From: Amoebidium appalachense
Lineage: Eukaryota; Protista; Ichthyosporea
NCBI GenBank assembly: GCA_963693365.1
Contig: CAVNZM010000012.1
Span: 2,976,001 to 3,040,000, forward strand
Direction: 5' to 3'
DNA length: 64,000 nt
Positions within the stretch are counted from its first letter, which is position 1, and each line of letters begins with the position of its first letter. The notes below the pieces were generated by a model that was not told the origin of the DNA, made no database searches, and saw only the letters and a program-made list of their open reading frames with translations. The position numbers were made by a program, and so were the translations under genes. This document shows, piece by piece, positions 19,047 to 37,628 of the stretch.

Positions 19047-19983
19047 CTTTTCCGCAGGTATTGGCAACTATACTAATCACTTATAATCGGCAAATGTTGA
19101 GATATCCTAACAGCCCCCTTTAGGAGACTAGAGCCTTGAAAACTGAACTTGTGCTATTTGTGACAAGACTTGTTTGTAACCGCCCGTTTTCTCCCGGGGA
19201 GTAAACCTTTTTGCGTGTGAGATAGCGAAAACATCTATGGAGAACCTGAATAGCTCACCTTTCACTGCTATACACTACACTTCCAAAGTCGAAGCGAGGC
19301 CCTGCGACGGCGAGCGCCTAGGCGAGCGTGAGCGAGCCTCGGCAGCGAGCCTTGGAGTGACTTGGCGACTTGACTTGAAGTCGCAACTTCAAGTCGAAGT
19401 CATCACCAGAAACCCTGAGTTCAGCCAAGTCAAGTCACGTCCTGGCGCCGGACATATGATATGTACTAGTGCAGGCCTTAAAATCCACGAATCTATAACA
19501 AAAAAGCTTCTACCGGGTTTGGGCGATCGAACGACCAGTGATTTCGAACATTCCATTGGTGGCGGTTGTGGTGCCAAGCTGTGCCACGTGAAAAAATTCT
19601 GGACATCAAACACTGTGATATGTAAACTCACACGAAAAAGACAGTTGGCATGAATGCTGCTCCATACATATTCTCTCTTTGCCTGGCGGTACCTATGTGC
19701 CAGGCGTCAGCCCGCAGCGCTGGGGCGGCAACAGACCTGTGCGGCCCTACTAGTTTTGTCTTGTCGGTCGTTCACCACTCACACTGTGACAAGGCTAGAG
19801 CGAATTTGAGGAATGGTGCGGGGAGCATTGTGGCGAAAACATAGTTCGATGCTACGAAAGACAGTGGTGTGTATAGCTGTTGGATTCAATCTTAGCCGTT
19901 AGGCAGGGCCAAGAAAATATTGCTGGACACATGGGGGCACCCACGCCCACATACGCCGTAACGGTTGGCAAACACAGACACGT

Positions 19984-20024
<41 letters not shown>

Positions 20025-20984
20025 ACACGCACACTCACGCGTACACAAAAGTACACACATACACACACAGTAAAAACTCATACGAGGCTCGGTCTGCCTT
20101 TGTGTTCGTTCATTGAGTTTTTGGCACGATCAAGGCAGTTGTGACTTCGCGCTGATGATAAAAGATGCAAAGGTTTACACATCTAATTACCACTAACATG
20201 TCAGGCGCCTTTTCTCGTAAAGGCAGACCTATTATTGTTCGATAATTCACGTGTCAGGGCTCCGTGTATGTGCCAGCTTGGACCTAAACAAAGTTGTAAG
20301 TATTCATCTGGAAGTATTTAAGATCCTTTTGCACCTCTCTGACCCCTGTGCCTGCATGTATCACTCAGAAACTTCTCGATGAAGATTCGAGAAAGAAAAA
20401 AAAAAACATGTGGATCACTTGTAAACTGAGATGCCTGCTTCACCTTTAACTCCCTCTTGGTCTAAACCTAAATTATTTATTGCAGAAATTTCTGCACCGA
20501 TCCAGAGGCTTGCACTTGATTTGTGCTTCTCGGCTTTTACTATCACACGCCGGTAATCATGCGTACTGAGTGACTGATTGCCGTTATCCCCAACTCACTG
20601 ACCCGGCCATTTCACGGCTCATTTTCCACACATGTGGTCGAAACATTGCCTGAAAACCGTCTGGCACACCAACCCAAGGATACAGTGAACAAAGTTTATA
20701 GACTTGTTAACCAACTACAGCAAGCAACATGGCTCACATATAGAAGCTATCTGAAGCCTTGGTCTGTGCTGCAAACCACCTAATCGTTGGCGCATATGAT
20801 AAGATGCTCAAAGAGGGAAAGGGTTCTGGAATGCTATAGCTATGGGGACTCGTAGTATGTTATGTGTAGTGTGCAGCTCTCCAGAAGGATATGCTGTCAA
20901 ATAGGAACTTCGATTGGTGATCCCCTCGGCCTGCATGCTCGCAACAAAACGTCAAAACAACCCGGACCAGGCCTTCTGCCAGCG

Positions 20985-21101
20985 AACAGCTCTGCGCCTG
21001 GTGAAAAAAATCTTGTGTTTCTCCAACAGTCAAAGGGTCGAAACAGCTCTGCGCCTGGTGAAAACCATCTTGTGTTTCTCCAACAGTCAAAGGGTCGAAA
21101 C
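20985..21101. repeat. 57-bp tandem duplication upstream of RPS13
   Basis: Two near-identical copies of aacagctctgcgcctggtgaaaa..atcttgtgtttctccaacagtcaaagggtcga. Confidence 0.9.
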
Positions 21102-21249
21102 TTTGGAAGTGGCACTTGCATACTGCTTTAGGAAAGTCACACGACTTCACAGTAGAGGTTCATCAAATTTCAGGTCGCCAAATCCTGCAATATCATGCCA
21201 CCATTCTTTAAATGAATCAACAACCAATCATACACGCCTATAAATCATT

Positions 21250-21330
21250 ATTGGCTTAGCTAGTCTCAATGCACGTGACCCTGCCCCGCACGCACAAGAG
21301 TGCAAGTCCGTGCCTGTGTGTGTCCTTTTC
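21250..21330 (+). promoter_or_regulatory. Putative RPS13 proximal promoter: reverse CCAAT box, E-box CACGTG and pyrimidine tract
   Basis: attgg at 21250, cacgtgac at 21272 and tccttttc at ~21323, which lie 45-120 nt before the ATG. These are short motifs with positional support only. Confidence 0.3.
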
Positions 21331-21370
21331 GCACCAGCTTTGTTAGCGTGTTGTGAAGCAAAACGCAAAC

Positions 21371-23929
21371 ATGGGGCGCATGCACACTCCCGGCAAGGGT
21401 ATTTCCCGCTCGGCCCTGCCCTACCGCCGCTCGGTCCCCAGCTGGCTCAAGCTGACCAGCGAGGAGGTACGTGTGTGTGTGCGTGTGTGTGTGTTTGTTT
21501 GTGTCCTTCCTCCCGAGCAGGTGTGTGCAGGTATTCACAGGTCGGCGGCGAGGAGTCGGTGCGGGGATAATTATGAGGAGGAAGAGTGGTATGGGAACGA
21601 CAGGAGCAGTGTGAGAGGATGAAACCGTGGAGGGATGATATAAGGAGGTGGAGTGAGCTTTGAAGGACGGAGCCATCTGCAACAGGAACAGTCTGGAAAA
21701 GCAAAAGAGTGACAGCACACTGACTTTTTTAGCTTCAACGGCCAGCTAGGTAGGAACGCAGGTGGAAGTAGTTGCGGGTACAGCAGCGTTTTTCTTGCAG
21801 TGGAGAAGAAAAACCTGGGATGTTGTAGATAGATTGTTGCATGGACACACGATGAAGAGGGAAAGAGGTACCAGCAGCGTTTTTCTTGCAGTGGAAAGAA
21901 AAAATCTGGGCCGTTGTAGGATAGATAGTTACATGGACATACGATGAACAGGGAAAGAGACTTCTTGTCAGCGCAGACATTTGCAACACAAAACAGCTAC
22001 AGAGTGTGTGTGGGAAACTGTGGGAGTCATGGTCATGCAGGAACACGGTTCAGAGGGCTTGTGATGTTTCAGCACAGATACACACCTACACAATTCACGT
22101 TCGTAAACATCACGGACACCCACACACGTCTAATCAAGCGCAACACAGTAGAGCTAGAACATACATTGTGGTAGTGCTGGACGACGGTAAGAGGAATCCA
22201 TACCTGTTAACGGGGTGGTCGTGCCTTTCAGCTCCGGCAGTCTGAGGGCCAGCTCAAACTTTTCATCACCCTGTGCGAAGTGAAGTGTTGATGACCATCG
22301 TTTTTAGTATACTCGAAGGGAGTGCTTTTTCGATGGGAAGGGAGTGCGTTTTCGATGGCACGGAGGGACATAACGATGGGAACGGAATGGCGGAAACTGC
22401 GGTTTGAAGTTTGCCGTGTTGTGTGTGGTGGGGAGGTGTCGTGGGAAAGTGGTGCACTTGGGAGAGAGGGATGAGGGATATCTTGTTGGGGGGCGGGGGG
22501 GGGGATGCATAGGATGTGGTTACGTCGTATAACTGGGGATGTGCCGTTCCCTGGAGATGTATGGTAGTTGTTGTCTGTGACAGGGGAAAGGGAGGGTATC
22601 TGGGTGGAAGGTATTCTTTGCTGTGTGCACCTGCTCTCTCTAAGTTTCTTCTTCCGATTCCTCCTTACCACCCACTCATTCTTGTGCTCTGTACATCGTG
22701 TGTGTGCTTGCTTGTGCTCGGTGTTATGTTCTTTCGTTCTTTTAGCGTCCTCGACTCCTGTTCTGTTCTCCTTTTGTCCACATTTCCCATGCATTTGCAT
22801 TTTTGTGTGCCCTCGGCCGTGTGCACGATCAGCAAACACAGCGCACACATGAGCACGTGCACCCCATCTCCAGCCCCTTCCCCCTTGTGCTCGTGCCCAC
22901 CTGTGCACATCCGCGCGAGTGTCGTTTCCTTGTCCTCTCGTGTGCAATGCTTGCCCTGTGTCCGACGTATGTTCGTATACAGAACTTTTCCTTGCCTCCC
23001 CACCCGTCCCCTCTCCCCCTTCGACCCCCCCCCTACAGTTGTGCTCTGCTCATTCTGAAGACTGCCTGTGCTGCACGGTGTACACCATGCTTACCCAACC
23101 TTCCCGACCTCATTCATTTTTTCATGGGCCTCGAGGTGCTCCGTTCTGCTTATCTGCTAGGTGCGGTTGGTTGTTAATTTGTACTAACGGGCGATACTGT
23201 GGAACACATACTACCCCTTTCCCCAAAACACGGACACATACATCCACGGACACCACATACACACACACAGAGATATAGAGACATACGTTTATTTTTTCTG
23301 CTTCTGGTTTTCATTCCATTTTCTCTTCACTTTTCCCCGATTGCTCTTGGTCGTCATTTTGCGTGTAATGCTGTTCCCCCCCCCCCCCCCCTCCCCCTCC
23401 CTCCTCCTCCTCCTCCTCCTCCTCCTCGTCCCTTCCCAACACAAACCCACTTACACGCCATCACAACCTCAGTCCACACATCCACACACACACCATCCCA
23501 ATCCCATTCTCAACTCACACATCCACACCCACCCACACAAATTCTAATCTCACCGATTACGCCCGATAACAGGTCAAGGACCAGATCTACAAGCTGGCCA
23601 AGAAGGGTCTTACCCCCTCCCAAATCGGTGTGATCCTGCGCGACAGCCACGGTGTTGCCAAGGCCAACCGGGTCACAGGGAGCAAGGTGCTCCGCATTCT
23701 TAAGGCCAAGGGCCTTGCCCCCGAGATTCCCGAGGATCTCTACTGCCTTATTAAGAAGGCCGTGTCCATCCGCAAGCACTTGGAGCGCAACCGCAAGGAT
23801 AAGGACGGAAAGTTCCGTCTGATTCTGGTCGAGTCTAGGGTGCACCGCCTTGCGCGCTACTACAAGCGCGTGGGCCAGCTCCCCCCCAACTGGAAGTACG
23901 ACTCTGCCACCGCCTCCACCCTCGTGTAA
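21371..23929 (+). CDS. RPS13: 40S ribosomal protein S13 (uS15), 2 exons, 150 aa
   Basis: Exons 21371-21466 ([32 protein letters not shown]) and 23573-23929 ([27 protein letters not shown]...[17 protein letters not shown]...ASTLV*), with a GT-AG phase-0 intron. Confidence 0.98.
21777..21960. repeat. ~90-bp diverged tandem duplication in the RPS13 intron
   Basis: Two copies of cagcagcgtttttcttgcagtgga..gttgtag..atggaca.acgatgaa.agggaaagag. Confidence 0.8.
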
Positions 23930-24097
23930 AAACTTTTAAAGTTAAAATTAAAGGTCAACACGTGGAACGAGTGTGTGTGCTGTCCCTGGATCATGGGGAT
24001 TGAGCATTGTTTTTTTGCTGGAGTCTGGGGTTTTGGGTGTGCATGTGAATGGACCTGATGTAGGCATGGAGGTACCGGTGTACGTGGAGAGGGCACC

Positions 24098-24130
<33 letters not shown>

Positions 24131-24976
24131 GTGTGTATGTGTTTTTATTTTGGGGGGGGGGGGGGGGCATGGACATGAACTGCTGCCGGTGTTTCGTGAA
24201 GAGTATGATGACGGTTTTTTTTTTTTTTTGGTTTTTTTTTTTGTGTGTGTGTATGTATGCCAGGCTCCGTCCCGCCGAGGGGAGAGGGGGGGGCACAAAA
24301 TGGCTCGCATCGTTTTGGAGGCTCGGAGGCGATTATGTTTCTTGAAAACTATCAGTAGGTACGGCATCACGTGCACCACTGTGGCTCGACATCTGCAAAG
24401 CCGCAATCAATCACATAGGCCTAATAGTGCCAGCGCAAAGGTTGAAGTGAGACAGCGGGGTTCAAATCCAATGCTCCATGGTGTTAACGTCACATGTTAG
24501 ATGGCCGGTGTTGACACATGGTGCTTCTGTCACCTACTAGGAACACACAGCACTTGAACTTGTCGAAGGATTTATTCGATTGGTATCATACATAAACATA
24601 TTCTGCTTTTTTTATTGTTTTTGTATTTACTATAGATAGTTCTGTAACATTTCTAGCAAATGAAAACCCCACAGCATCGCTTACACAACTACTGTGCTAG
24701 TGAGAAATTGGCCATGGGCATACTTCACGTGTTCGCTGACAAAGAGTTTCGTGAGGCGGACGGAATTGCGAGAGATTCATTTTTTTTGCAACCGTGATAA
24801 ATACATGTACATACATACACAGAAAGATATATGAAGACACAATAAGCCCCCTCTCTTAGGGGTTCACATATTATGGCCCAGGCGCATGTGCACGTCTCCA
24901 CATATTTTCTTTCGAAAAAAAAAAAAAAAAAGGCTGTCACCTGGGGGCCAATCCCATTTGGGCGCACATAGCCATA

Positions 24977-25961
24977 TTAGGCGTCCTTGCGGCTGTCCTC
25001 ATTGGTCTCTGGGTGCACGACTATGACGGGTATCTTGGCCTGGTGCACAACGTAGTCGGAGGTCGACCCGATGAACATCCTGTGTGTGTGTGTGTGTGTA
25101 TGTGGCGGCCAAAGATCAGACAAGGAGAGAGTCTCTCAGAGAGATTGTTTACGTGTGAAAGAGATCATGAGAGAAGGGGGGGGGGGGGGGGGGGGGGGAT
25201 CGATTGATCATCGTCATATTGTGTGGTGCGCCTTCCGAGTCGAGGTGGATTTGGATAAATTATTTGCGAGTGTGCATAGGTAGCCCATGGATCCCCCCCC
25301 CCCCCCCCCCCCCCCCCCTCACATTTCCCCTCCCCCTCCCACACACACACACACACACATCCACCCACCTTGTCAGTGCGCCCTTGCCCCTGCTGCCCAT
25401 GACGACCATGTCGATGTCGTATTCACTGATTGCACTAATGATGACGTCACGTGGGTCACCCTCAACCGCAACCACCGTGGATGGGTACTGCAGATGGAGG
25501 GAGGGTGGGTGGGTGGGTGTGTGTGTGTGTTGGGGGGGGGGGGGGGGGGGGGGGGTTGAGAGATGGTTAGGTATGGTCTTGTCTGTGTGTGTGCACGTCC
25601 ACTGATATACACATATGGGTGTTGGGGCCGGGTGTCCTTTTTCCCTCTTCTTTCTTTCCTTCTTTCTTTTTCTGTTTGCCTCTTGTGTTTGTGCGCGTGC
25701 CCGTGCACGCACTTGTGCACGTGCATATATGCATGTTGATGTCCGTGTGACTACCTTTTCCTTACTTTATTACAGCATCCTTCTTGCTTTTTTTCTGTTT
25801 TGCTTTTTTTTTTTTTTTTTTGGTTTGTGTGTGTGTGTGTGTGTATGTGTGTGTGCGTGTGCGTGGGCATCTGTGTGTGTGTGTGTGCGTGTGTGTGTGT
25901 GCGCGCGCGCTCTCGCGCGTATGTGTGTATGCATTTGAGTTGCGGCCTGTGGGCAGGCAGA

Positions 25962-25997
<36 letters not shown>

Positions 25998-26331
25998 CAT
26001 CGAGGGGAAAGAGTGATATGGAGGGGTAGAAGAGTGGTCTCGTTGCCGAAGTTTGCTCCAACATGAAGACAAGGAAGCGGAAATGGGGAAAGTTAAAATC
26101 TATGTGGGCTACGAGGGAAAAGAGGGGCAACTAGGGGTTGCTTGCAAGCAAGGGAAGAAACATACGACGTAGAGGACGGGTGGGAGGGTGATGTATTCGG
26201 GGGGGGGGGGGGGGGGGGGGGTTTGAGACAATGCACAATACAGTTGTGACAGGGAAAACACGGCACACGGGGGAAGGGAGGGTGGGGATGAAATTGGGCA
26301 GAGGGAAGGAGGGCGGTGCAGTAAGCCGTTT

Positions 26332-26388
<57 letters not shown>

Positions 26389-26451
26389 GGGTTGAATATG
26401 TTATACGGTACGAACTGAAAGTGTGGAACGTACAACGGGTCAGGGCATTTC

Positions 26452-26536
<85 letters not shown>

Positions 26537-26674
26537 CTCATGGGGGCTCTCATAGTACAGTAATACGCTCCTGAGTACTTTGACAGTCCTCCTACCTTTC
26601 TCCCCCCCCCCCCCCCCCCCCCCCCCCGGTAACTTTGGACACTGTGCGTGTTCCTTTTTCTCTTTTTGGTGTGA

Positions 26675-26770
<96 letters not shown>

Positions 26771-26794
26771 GTTCTTTCTTTCCGAAGTCTTTCT

Positions 26795-26854
<60 letters not shown>

Positions 26855-28264
26855 GGGGGGGGGAGGGGGGGGGAGCTGTTACCTTGAGGGGTTCGAGGAA
26901 CCTTGCGAGGGAATTAAGACGGTCCTCGACTGCGGCCTTGAGTTGGTCTCTGACTGTGTCCAAGTGCTCATCCACTACTATGTCCACCTCTGGGGGGGGG
27001 GGGGGGGGGGGGGGAAGGGAGTGAGTATACGTGTTCTTTTCTATTCCTACCTATTCACTGGTGGCCGGGGGAGGGAGGGGAGGGGAAGGGGGGAGGGGCG
27101 AGGAGGGTGGGAAGGGGCGGCCCTGGGAGGGGGAAAAGGGGGAATGCGTAAATGTGTGTGTGTGTGTGTGTGTTCGTGTGTGTGTGTGTGTGTGTGTGTT
27201 CGTGTGGGTGTGTGTGTGTGTGTGTGTGTGCGGGCGCGCGCGTGCGTGCGTGCGTGTGCGCCCGCACCGTGCACCAATGCGTGAATGGTGTTTCGAAAGC
27301 TGTAAACTTGTCTGTGGTTCTTTGAGGGGCAGGAAGCAGGAGTGCTGCGGGGGGGGGGGGGGGGGGGGGCTTGCATGTGTAGGGTGTGGACAGCATACGG
27401 TACACGGTCGAAACGGCCTGGGGGGGGGGAGGGGGGGGGGGGGGAAGGCGAGGGGAGGGGAAGGGAGACTGCCCCAGGGGGCAAGGGGGTGGGGGGAGGC
27501 GGAGGGAGGGGAGAGGGGTGGCGGATTATAGGGATGCCAGGGGGGCCGCGGGGGCCGCCAGGGATGGGTGTTTGGGGGGGGGGGGGGGGGGACAGAGATT
27601 ACAGGAATTAAGGGCTCACTCTAAAAGTAATGGGAACAACCCGGGGGGAGGACGAGAGGTGGGGGGTGGGGAGGGAGGAATGCCGATATGCACCAGAGGG
27701 AAAGGGGGGAGGGGGGCGGAGAGAGATAGAGGGAGAAGGGGAAGAGCAGTAAGGGGGGCAGGGAAGAGGGAAGGGAAAACGGGAAGGATGAACGGAGGGA
27801 GAGGGGGGGGGGGGGGGGGGAGGACCGGAGGAGGGAGGGAGGGAGTGAAGACCAACAAAAACGAAAGGAGGGATGAGGGGTGAAAGAAGAGGAGGGGGAG
27901 GGGGGGGGGAGGGGGGGGGGACAGTACAGTGTTGCAACAAAAAATTGAAAGCCAAAAGCCGTCAGCAAAGGAGGTGACCATATGAGGAGGTCATGATATC
28001 TAAACAAACAAATCCGGGAGGGAAACAAATGACCAGGGGGGGAGGCGGGGGGAAGGGGGTGCTATTACATGTAAATCTCTGGCGAGTCAACTAAGAGACG
28101 ATATACGACGGCGAGCATGTCAGTACTCTAACAACCCTCGCATTGGTTTCGGGGGGGGGGGGGGGGGGGGGGGGGGAGGTGGGGATTGAAAGGATATTGG
28201 CTATGGAAAAAGTAGAGCACACGGAACTCAAGATCCCAACCTTGAAGAGCGAGGTTTTTTTTGT

Positions 28265-28298
<34 letters not shown>

Positions 28299-29023
28299 CC
28301 CCCCCCCCCCCCCCCCCTTTTTTTTTTTTTTTTTTTTTTGGGGGGGGGGGGGGGAGGAGGGGGGCACTGAAAGGGGGTTGCATACCAGGAATGAAGATGG
28401 ATGGTGCCGTGGGGACTTGGAAGGACTACAGCAGATGTTGTTGTCAGTAAGGTGAAAGTAACAAGAAAAGGAGACCAAAAACGTCCTATGGCCCCAGAAT
28501 GGAAAGAGCAGCGTGCTTTCATTGTAACCCCCAAAACTACCAAGCACGAACACACACACAGAAAGTGATTCTAAAGCACATACCAAGGACACATTTGCCC
28601 CTATTCCTCCGTGGCGTTCATTTTCTATATTTCTCCATTTACACGAAGCCTTAACAGTTGCTGTAAAGCCAAAAACTACACACGGGTAATGGGCCTACCT
28701 GCAGCAGGACGAAGCTGTCCCCCGGCCGACTGATGTTTTCCACCGCCCACTGCGCCCACACCAACGAGTCAAAGGCAGGCAACATTTGGTTCTTTTACTT
28801 AAGTTTTATTTTGATAGCATGCTTATATTCTTATAAGAGCACCCATCGGTGTCTAGTGGACTTCATCTCTCTGCATCTGTGACAAACCCAGAAGACCAGA
28901 CGACATGAGTTCTGTACAGGACTCCGTTCACAGGTCCAAGCGGTACTTTACCTCCAAGGCGTGACGACTGTATTCGGAGCCATCGTCAGGAAGGAGAATG
29001 CGGCGCGTCTTCTGCTCACTCAT
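24977..29023 (-). CDS. Universal stress protein A (UspA) domain protein (~163 aa), 6 exons
   Basis: Exons 29023-28952, 28749-28699, 28425-28386, 26989-26883, 25487-25369 and 25079-24977 are in phase. Sequence RRILLPDDGSEYSRHALEWAVENISRPGDSFVLL...GDPRDVI...DMVVMGSRGKGALTRMFIGSTSDYVVHQAKIPVIVV retains the ATP-binding G-2x-G-9x-G(S/T) motif. Confidence 0.92.
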
Positions 29024-30794
29024 TGTCAAATGCAGGCTCTGTACAGACCCTACCACCCTTTTTCCTTTTTAGAGCTATGGAGTGCTGTGTGTGTACCGTA
29101 CCGTATACCCTTAACCTCACTGTCAATGTGCTGATGTGAAATGTAGAACCAAACGTGCGAATTTGCAAACAAGTTTCAAAGCCAGTAAAGGAGTGTTTGT
29201 GCCTAGGGATTTGAATGAGCTCTTTTTCCAGTGTGTATTCTTTGAGTGCACAACAAAATGACAGAAGTGCAACAGCAACGATGGCTTTGTGTTTTTGTTT
29301 TTGCCTTTGGAAGTTTCTGGTGTGGCTCAGGAGAGTGGCTTGGGAGGAGGGCGAAACTCAGCACTGGTATTGCTGTTTTTTTGTGAGCCACATTCCAGCG
29401 ATTGAAAGCATTAGCCAATCAAAGAATCTTTCTATTATTACCTCCGCATTCCCTTGATTCCTTTTTATTCCTGTAAACAATGTGCATTGCGAATTTGCGA
29501 CCTCCTGTCAGATCGCCTAATGTTAGAGAAGATTTGACAGTCCCGTAAAAGGCAGTAGAGAAAAAAAAATCCCTCTTTACCCGTGATACTTGAACGCTTA
29601 TCTGTTTATGTAGCTCAGATGCCGTGACTGTAGAGTCTGTTCTTGTAAGTTGCTTCAATTGAATCAAGCGGCTGGTTTCGCAACGAGTGGTCCGCTCAGC
29701 TGCTGGCATGCCGCGCGGCCGCATTTGCTTATTTGAATTTCCCGCTCAAGGCATGGTGCATTTTTATCCAATCAACGAACGATTAATGGTTTTATTACAC
29801 CAATCGCAGCGATTTTGCCGTTTGTTTCTGCCAATAGCAGCATGCGGTAAACAATCCTTTTGCCTTCTGCACTCTTATTGGCCGGATCATTTTATACCCG
29901 CAGTGACATTTGTGGAATCCGTAAGTTTGAAACGATTACGTCCGTCTAGATAGTTGACACTAATCTAATGCCTCTCTAAGGAAAATTTTGAAAAAATATT
30001 ATTAATGATCAGGGGTCACGTTATGGGTCACGTTTTGGCAATAGGAGAGGTTTAGTCTTAATAGCTTCCTGGGATCTTGTGCAAGGGAGCCAGGCTCGGC
30101 TGCTGCGGCGCTGGCCCGCTGCTCACGGTTGATTAGCTCAAAGTCACGGCTATTTATGTAACACTTCAGGATCAATAAAACTGTTGCGGAGGCACACGTG
30201 AAGTCACAAGGTGCTCTGATGTGTCGAGTTGCACAACGTGTTGCCCTTGTTTCTACATCTCTTTCATTACCAACGATAAAGGTAACTCACAGAAGTAGCT
30301 TTATAAAAGGTGTCAGAGCGAAGATAGGGTGGAAAGTGAGGGTACATGCACAGTTTGATACCACACAACAACACATGATCAGAGTTCTCACCTTTCCGCA
30401 ATAGGCATATCACCAAGAGTCTCCTACAAATAGTCGTTTGATTCCAGGCAAATAGCTTGCTAATCTATATAAACAGACACATCAAGGACACACTATTTTT
30501 CTAAGTAACTTGTGCTCTCCAGATATCCATTTACTGCTTTCACGGGAGTGGAAGTATATTTGGGCACCATCACACCCCGTTCACTCCTTGCAAACCAAAA
30601 CAGTTCTTGGGTCGCATGTATTTGTTTGTGCGTAAATCTGTTAACCCGGTAGTTCATGCTTAGACATGGGTTTCCATCCGACAGTGTGTGCATCTGTTTG
30701 TGTTTGTATCCGTGGGTGCTTGTGTACTGGTGCATGCGTGACAGGTGGATATGTATGTGCTTGTATATCAGATTCTGTGTTGTGAAGGTGTTCG

Positions 30795-30912
<118 letters not shown>

Positions 30913-31104
30913 ATGTGGATGTCTGCGTGTGTGCGTGCGTGTGTGTGTGTGAGTTCGTGCGGGTGTGCCTCTCTCTCTCTTTGTGTGTGTGTTTGTGCCA
31001 TGGTGTGTGTGTGTGTGCTTGCTTGGAATGTACACAACAGTGAAACATTGGTGATAGGTGTGTATTGGAAGCGCAAAATACATGTTGTGTGCGTGTGTGG
31101 GCGT

Positions 31105-31144
<40 letters not shown>

Positions 31145-31338
31145 ATCTGCTACTATGTAGAACACGCACACATCCCAGATTTAAGGTTACTATCTCGTAC
31201 TATACGGACAAACCAGACTGCAAAGCCTGCATACTCGTTCTGAATGAATAATTTGTCCTCTCTTCCACATATGCTTGCGCAAAACCGTTTCCGTGTGCAT
31301 TTTCCGTACTCAAATCTTGCCCTTCCACAGCATCAACC

Positions 31339-35833
<4,495 letters not shown>

Positions 35834-36592
35834 GCTGTCGCTGCATACACTGGCCTTGCAACTTCTGCCTACTTCGATTGTACAGGGAGACACATACGAG
35901 ACTCACACGCACATTGTACATGACGTCAAATTTATTGCTTGTTTCAGCGAATCGAACATATTACGTGTATGTGCTGTAGTTCCCCCGTTCACTTTCGGAT
36001 ATTGTGATCCATCAAAATTGCCTATCGTTTTTTCGGTATTTGTTGGACCTGGTGACACGTTTCCATGCAGCCGACTCGTTGAAACTTGTAAATACAGATG
36101 GTTTTTGCAACAGTACTACCATACCACCATACACCATACTATTTTTGGAAACGGCAAAACCTCGGTTTCCTAGGCCTTAATTTCATGCACGTGCACTTCA
36201 GAGATTCTTGAAGCTTCCGCCATTGCCACGCCTAGGCTACAGCTAATAGCTAGAACTGCAGCCCTAATATTGCGGAGGTGTAACTTGGTAATTGTATACC
36301 GTAGTTCTTATTGGCCTTAATCGACTTAACCTACCAGATCCATACATTGGCACCCACTGGATTTTGGAGGATTGTAAATAGTTTTGACCCTCTGGCCTTG
36401 TACATACGTATATGTGGTGCATTGTGCAATTTGAAAACTTCCATCCCAGACAACTCATTATGTTGGAGGTTGAACAAACCGTATTAAATAGACCATCAAG
36501 TGTAACAGATTCAGCCCTACCCACTGCCACAAACGATATATGAGAACATGGGAAGCTTGGTTCAATCTTGTACGGAGGGGGTGTGTGTGTGT

Positions 36593-36637
<45 letters not shown>

Positions 36638-36835
36638 GGGGACGGAGAGGGGGAAGAGCCCACCACCCAGCACGCTTTCGATAGGTGGATCCTGCTCGAG
36701 CTCCCCACTCCCGCCCCCCCAACACACACACGTGCACATGTCCACCCCTCAGGCCTACGCCCACCCACCCTTTCCCCCCCCTCCTCCCCTCCACCCTTCC
36801 CCCCTCCCCCCCCTCCCCCCCCCCCCACCTCCCCC

Positions 36836-36869
<34 letters not shown>

Positions 36870-37117
36870 TTCACCCCTTCCCCCCTCATACTGTGACCCA
36901 CGGAGAAGGGGAGAGGGGACCCACCCACTCCTCCAGTTGCAGGCATGGGGTTGGGGGAGGGCTAAACCGGATCTCATAATCAGAACATGCGAATGCTAAA
37001 AGTTTACAGTGGTACCATTTAGCTTACTCAACCTAAATTAAAGGTAATAACAAGATTAGGAGTCCTATATCCCCCTTCTCCCCTCCCCTCCCCTTTCCTC
37101 CCTCCCCTCCCTCTCCC

Positions 37118-37168
<51 letters not shown>

Positions 37169-37293
37169 CTCCTCCCGGGGGGGAGGGGACCCCCTGCTCC
37201 CCAGCCCGCACGTCCCCTTAGGTCTCTCAGAGTGAGACTTCGATGCGTGGCAAATAGTTCACTGTGACTCGTTCTGAACATCAACGTACTATG

Positions 37294-37327
<34 letters not shown>

Positions 37328-37582
37328 CCCGGGTCTCACACCCACACACCCACCCAACGCGCGCACACACACACGCAAAAAAAACAGTTACGTGCACTTC
37401 GCCCCTGCAGCGGCACAAGTTATGGCACAACTGTTTCATATGTGTTCAATCCGGGCCATTCGAATTCCCACCACAAGTGTACACACGAGCTATCCCCGTG
37501 ACCTTGCCCAGTACTGGAGAGCTATGCATACTGCCTCCACAACCTTATAACACCACGTTGGCACCTATAGTCACACACACAG

Positions 37583-37628
<46 letters not shown>

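Noticed and set aside
22516-23278. ORFs of 120-240 aa inside the RPS13 intron
   Set aside because: They have biased composition, mostly non-ATG starts, no recognisable domains, and overlap each other on both strands.
24380-24475. tRNA or tRNA-derived SINE suggested by GGTTCAAATCC
   Set aside because: There is no T-stem, acceptor stem or properly spaced A box.
27925-28000. Additional USP exon
   Set aside because: The model is complete and in phase without it, and the translation does not fit the UspA fold.
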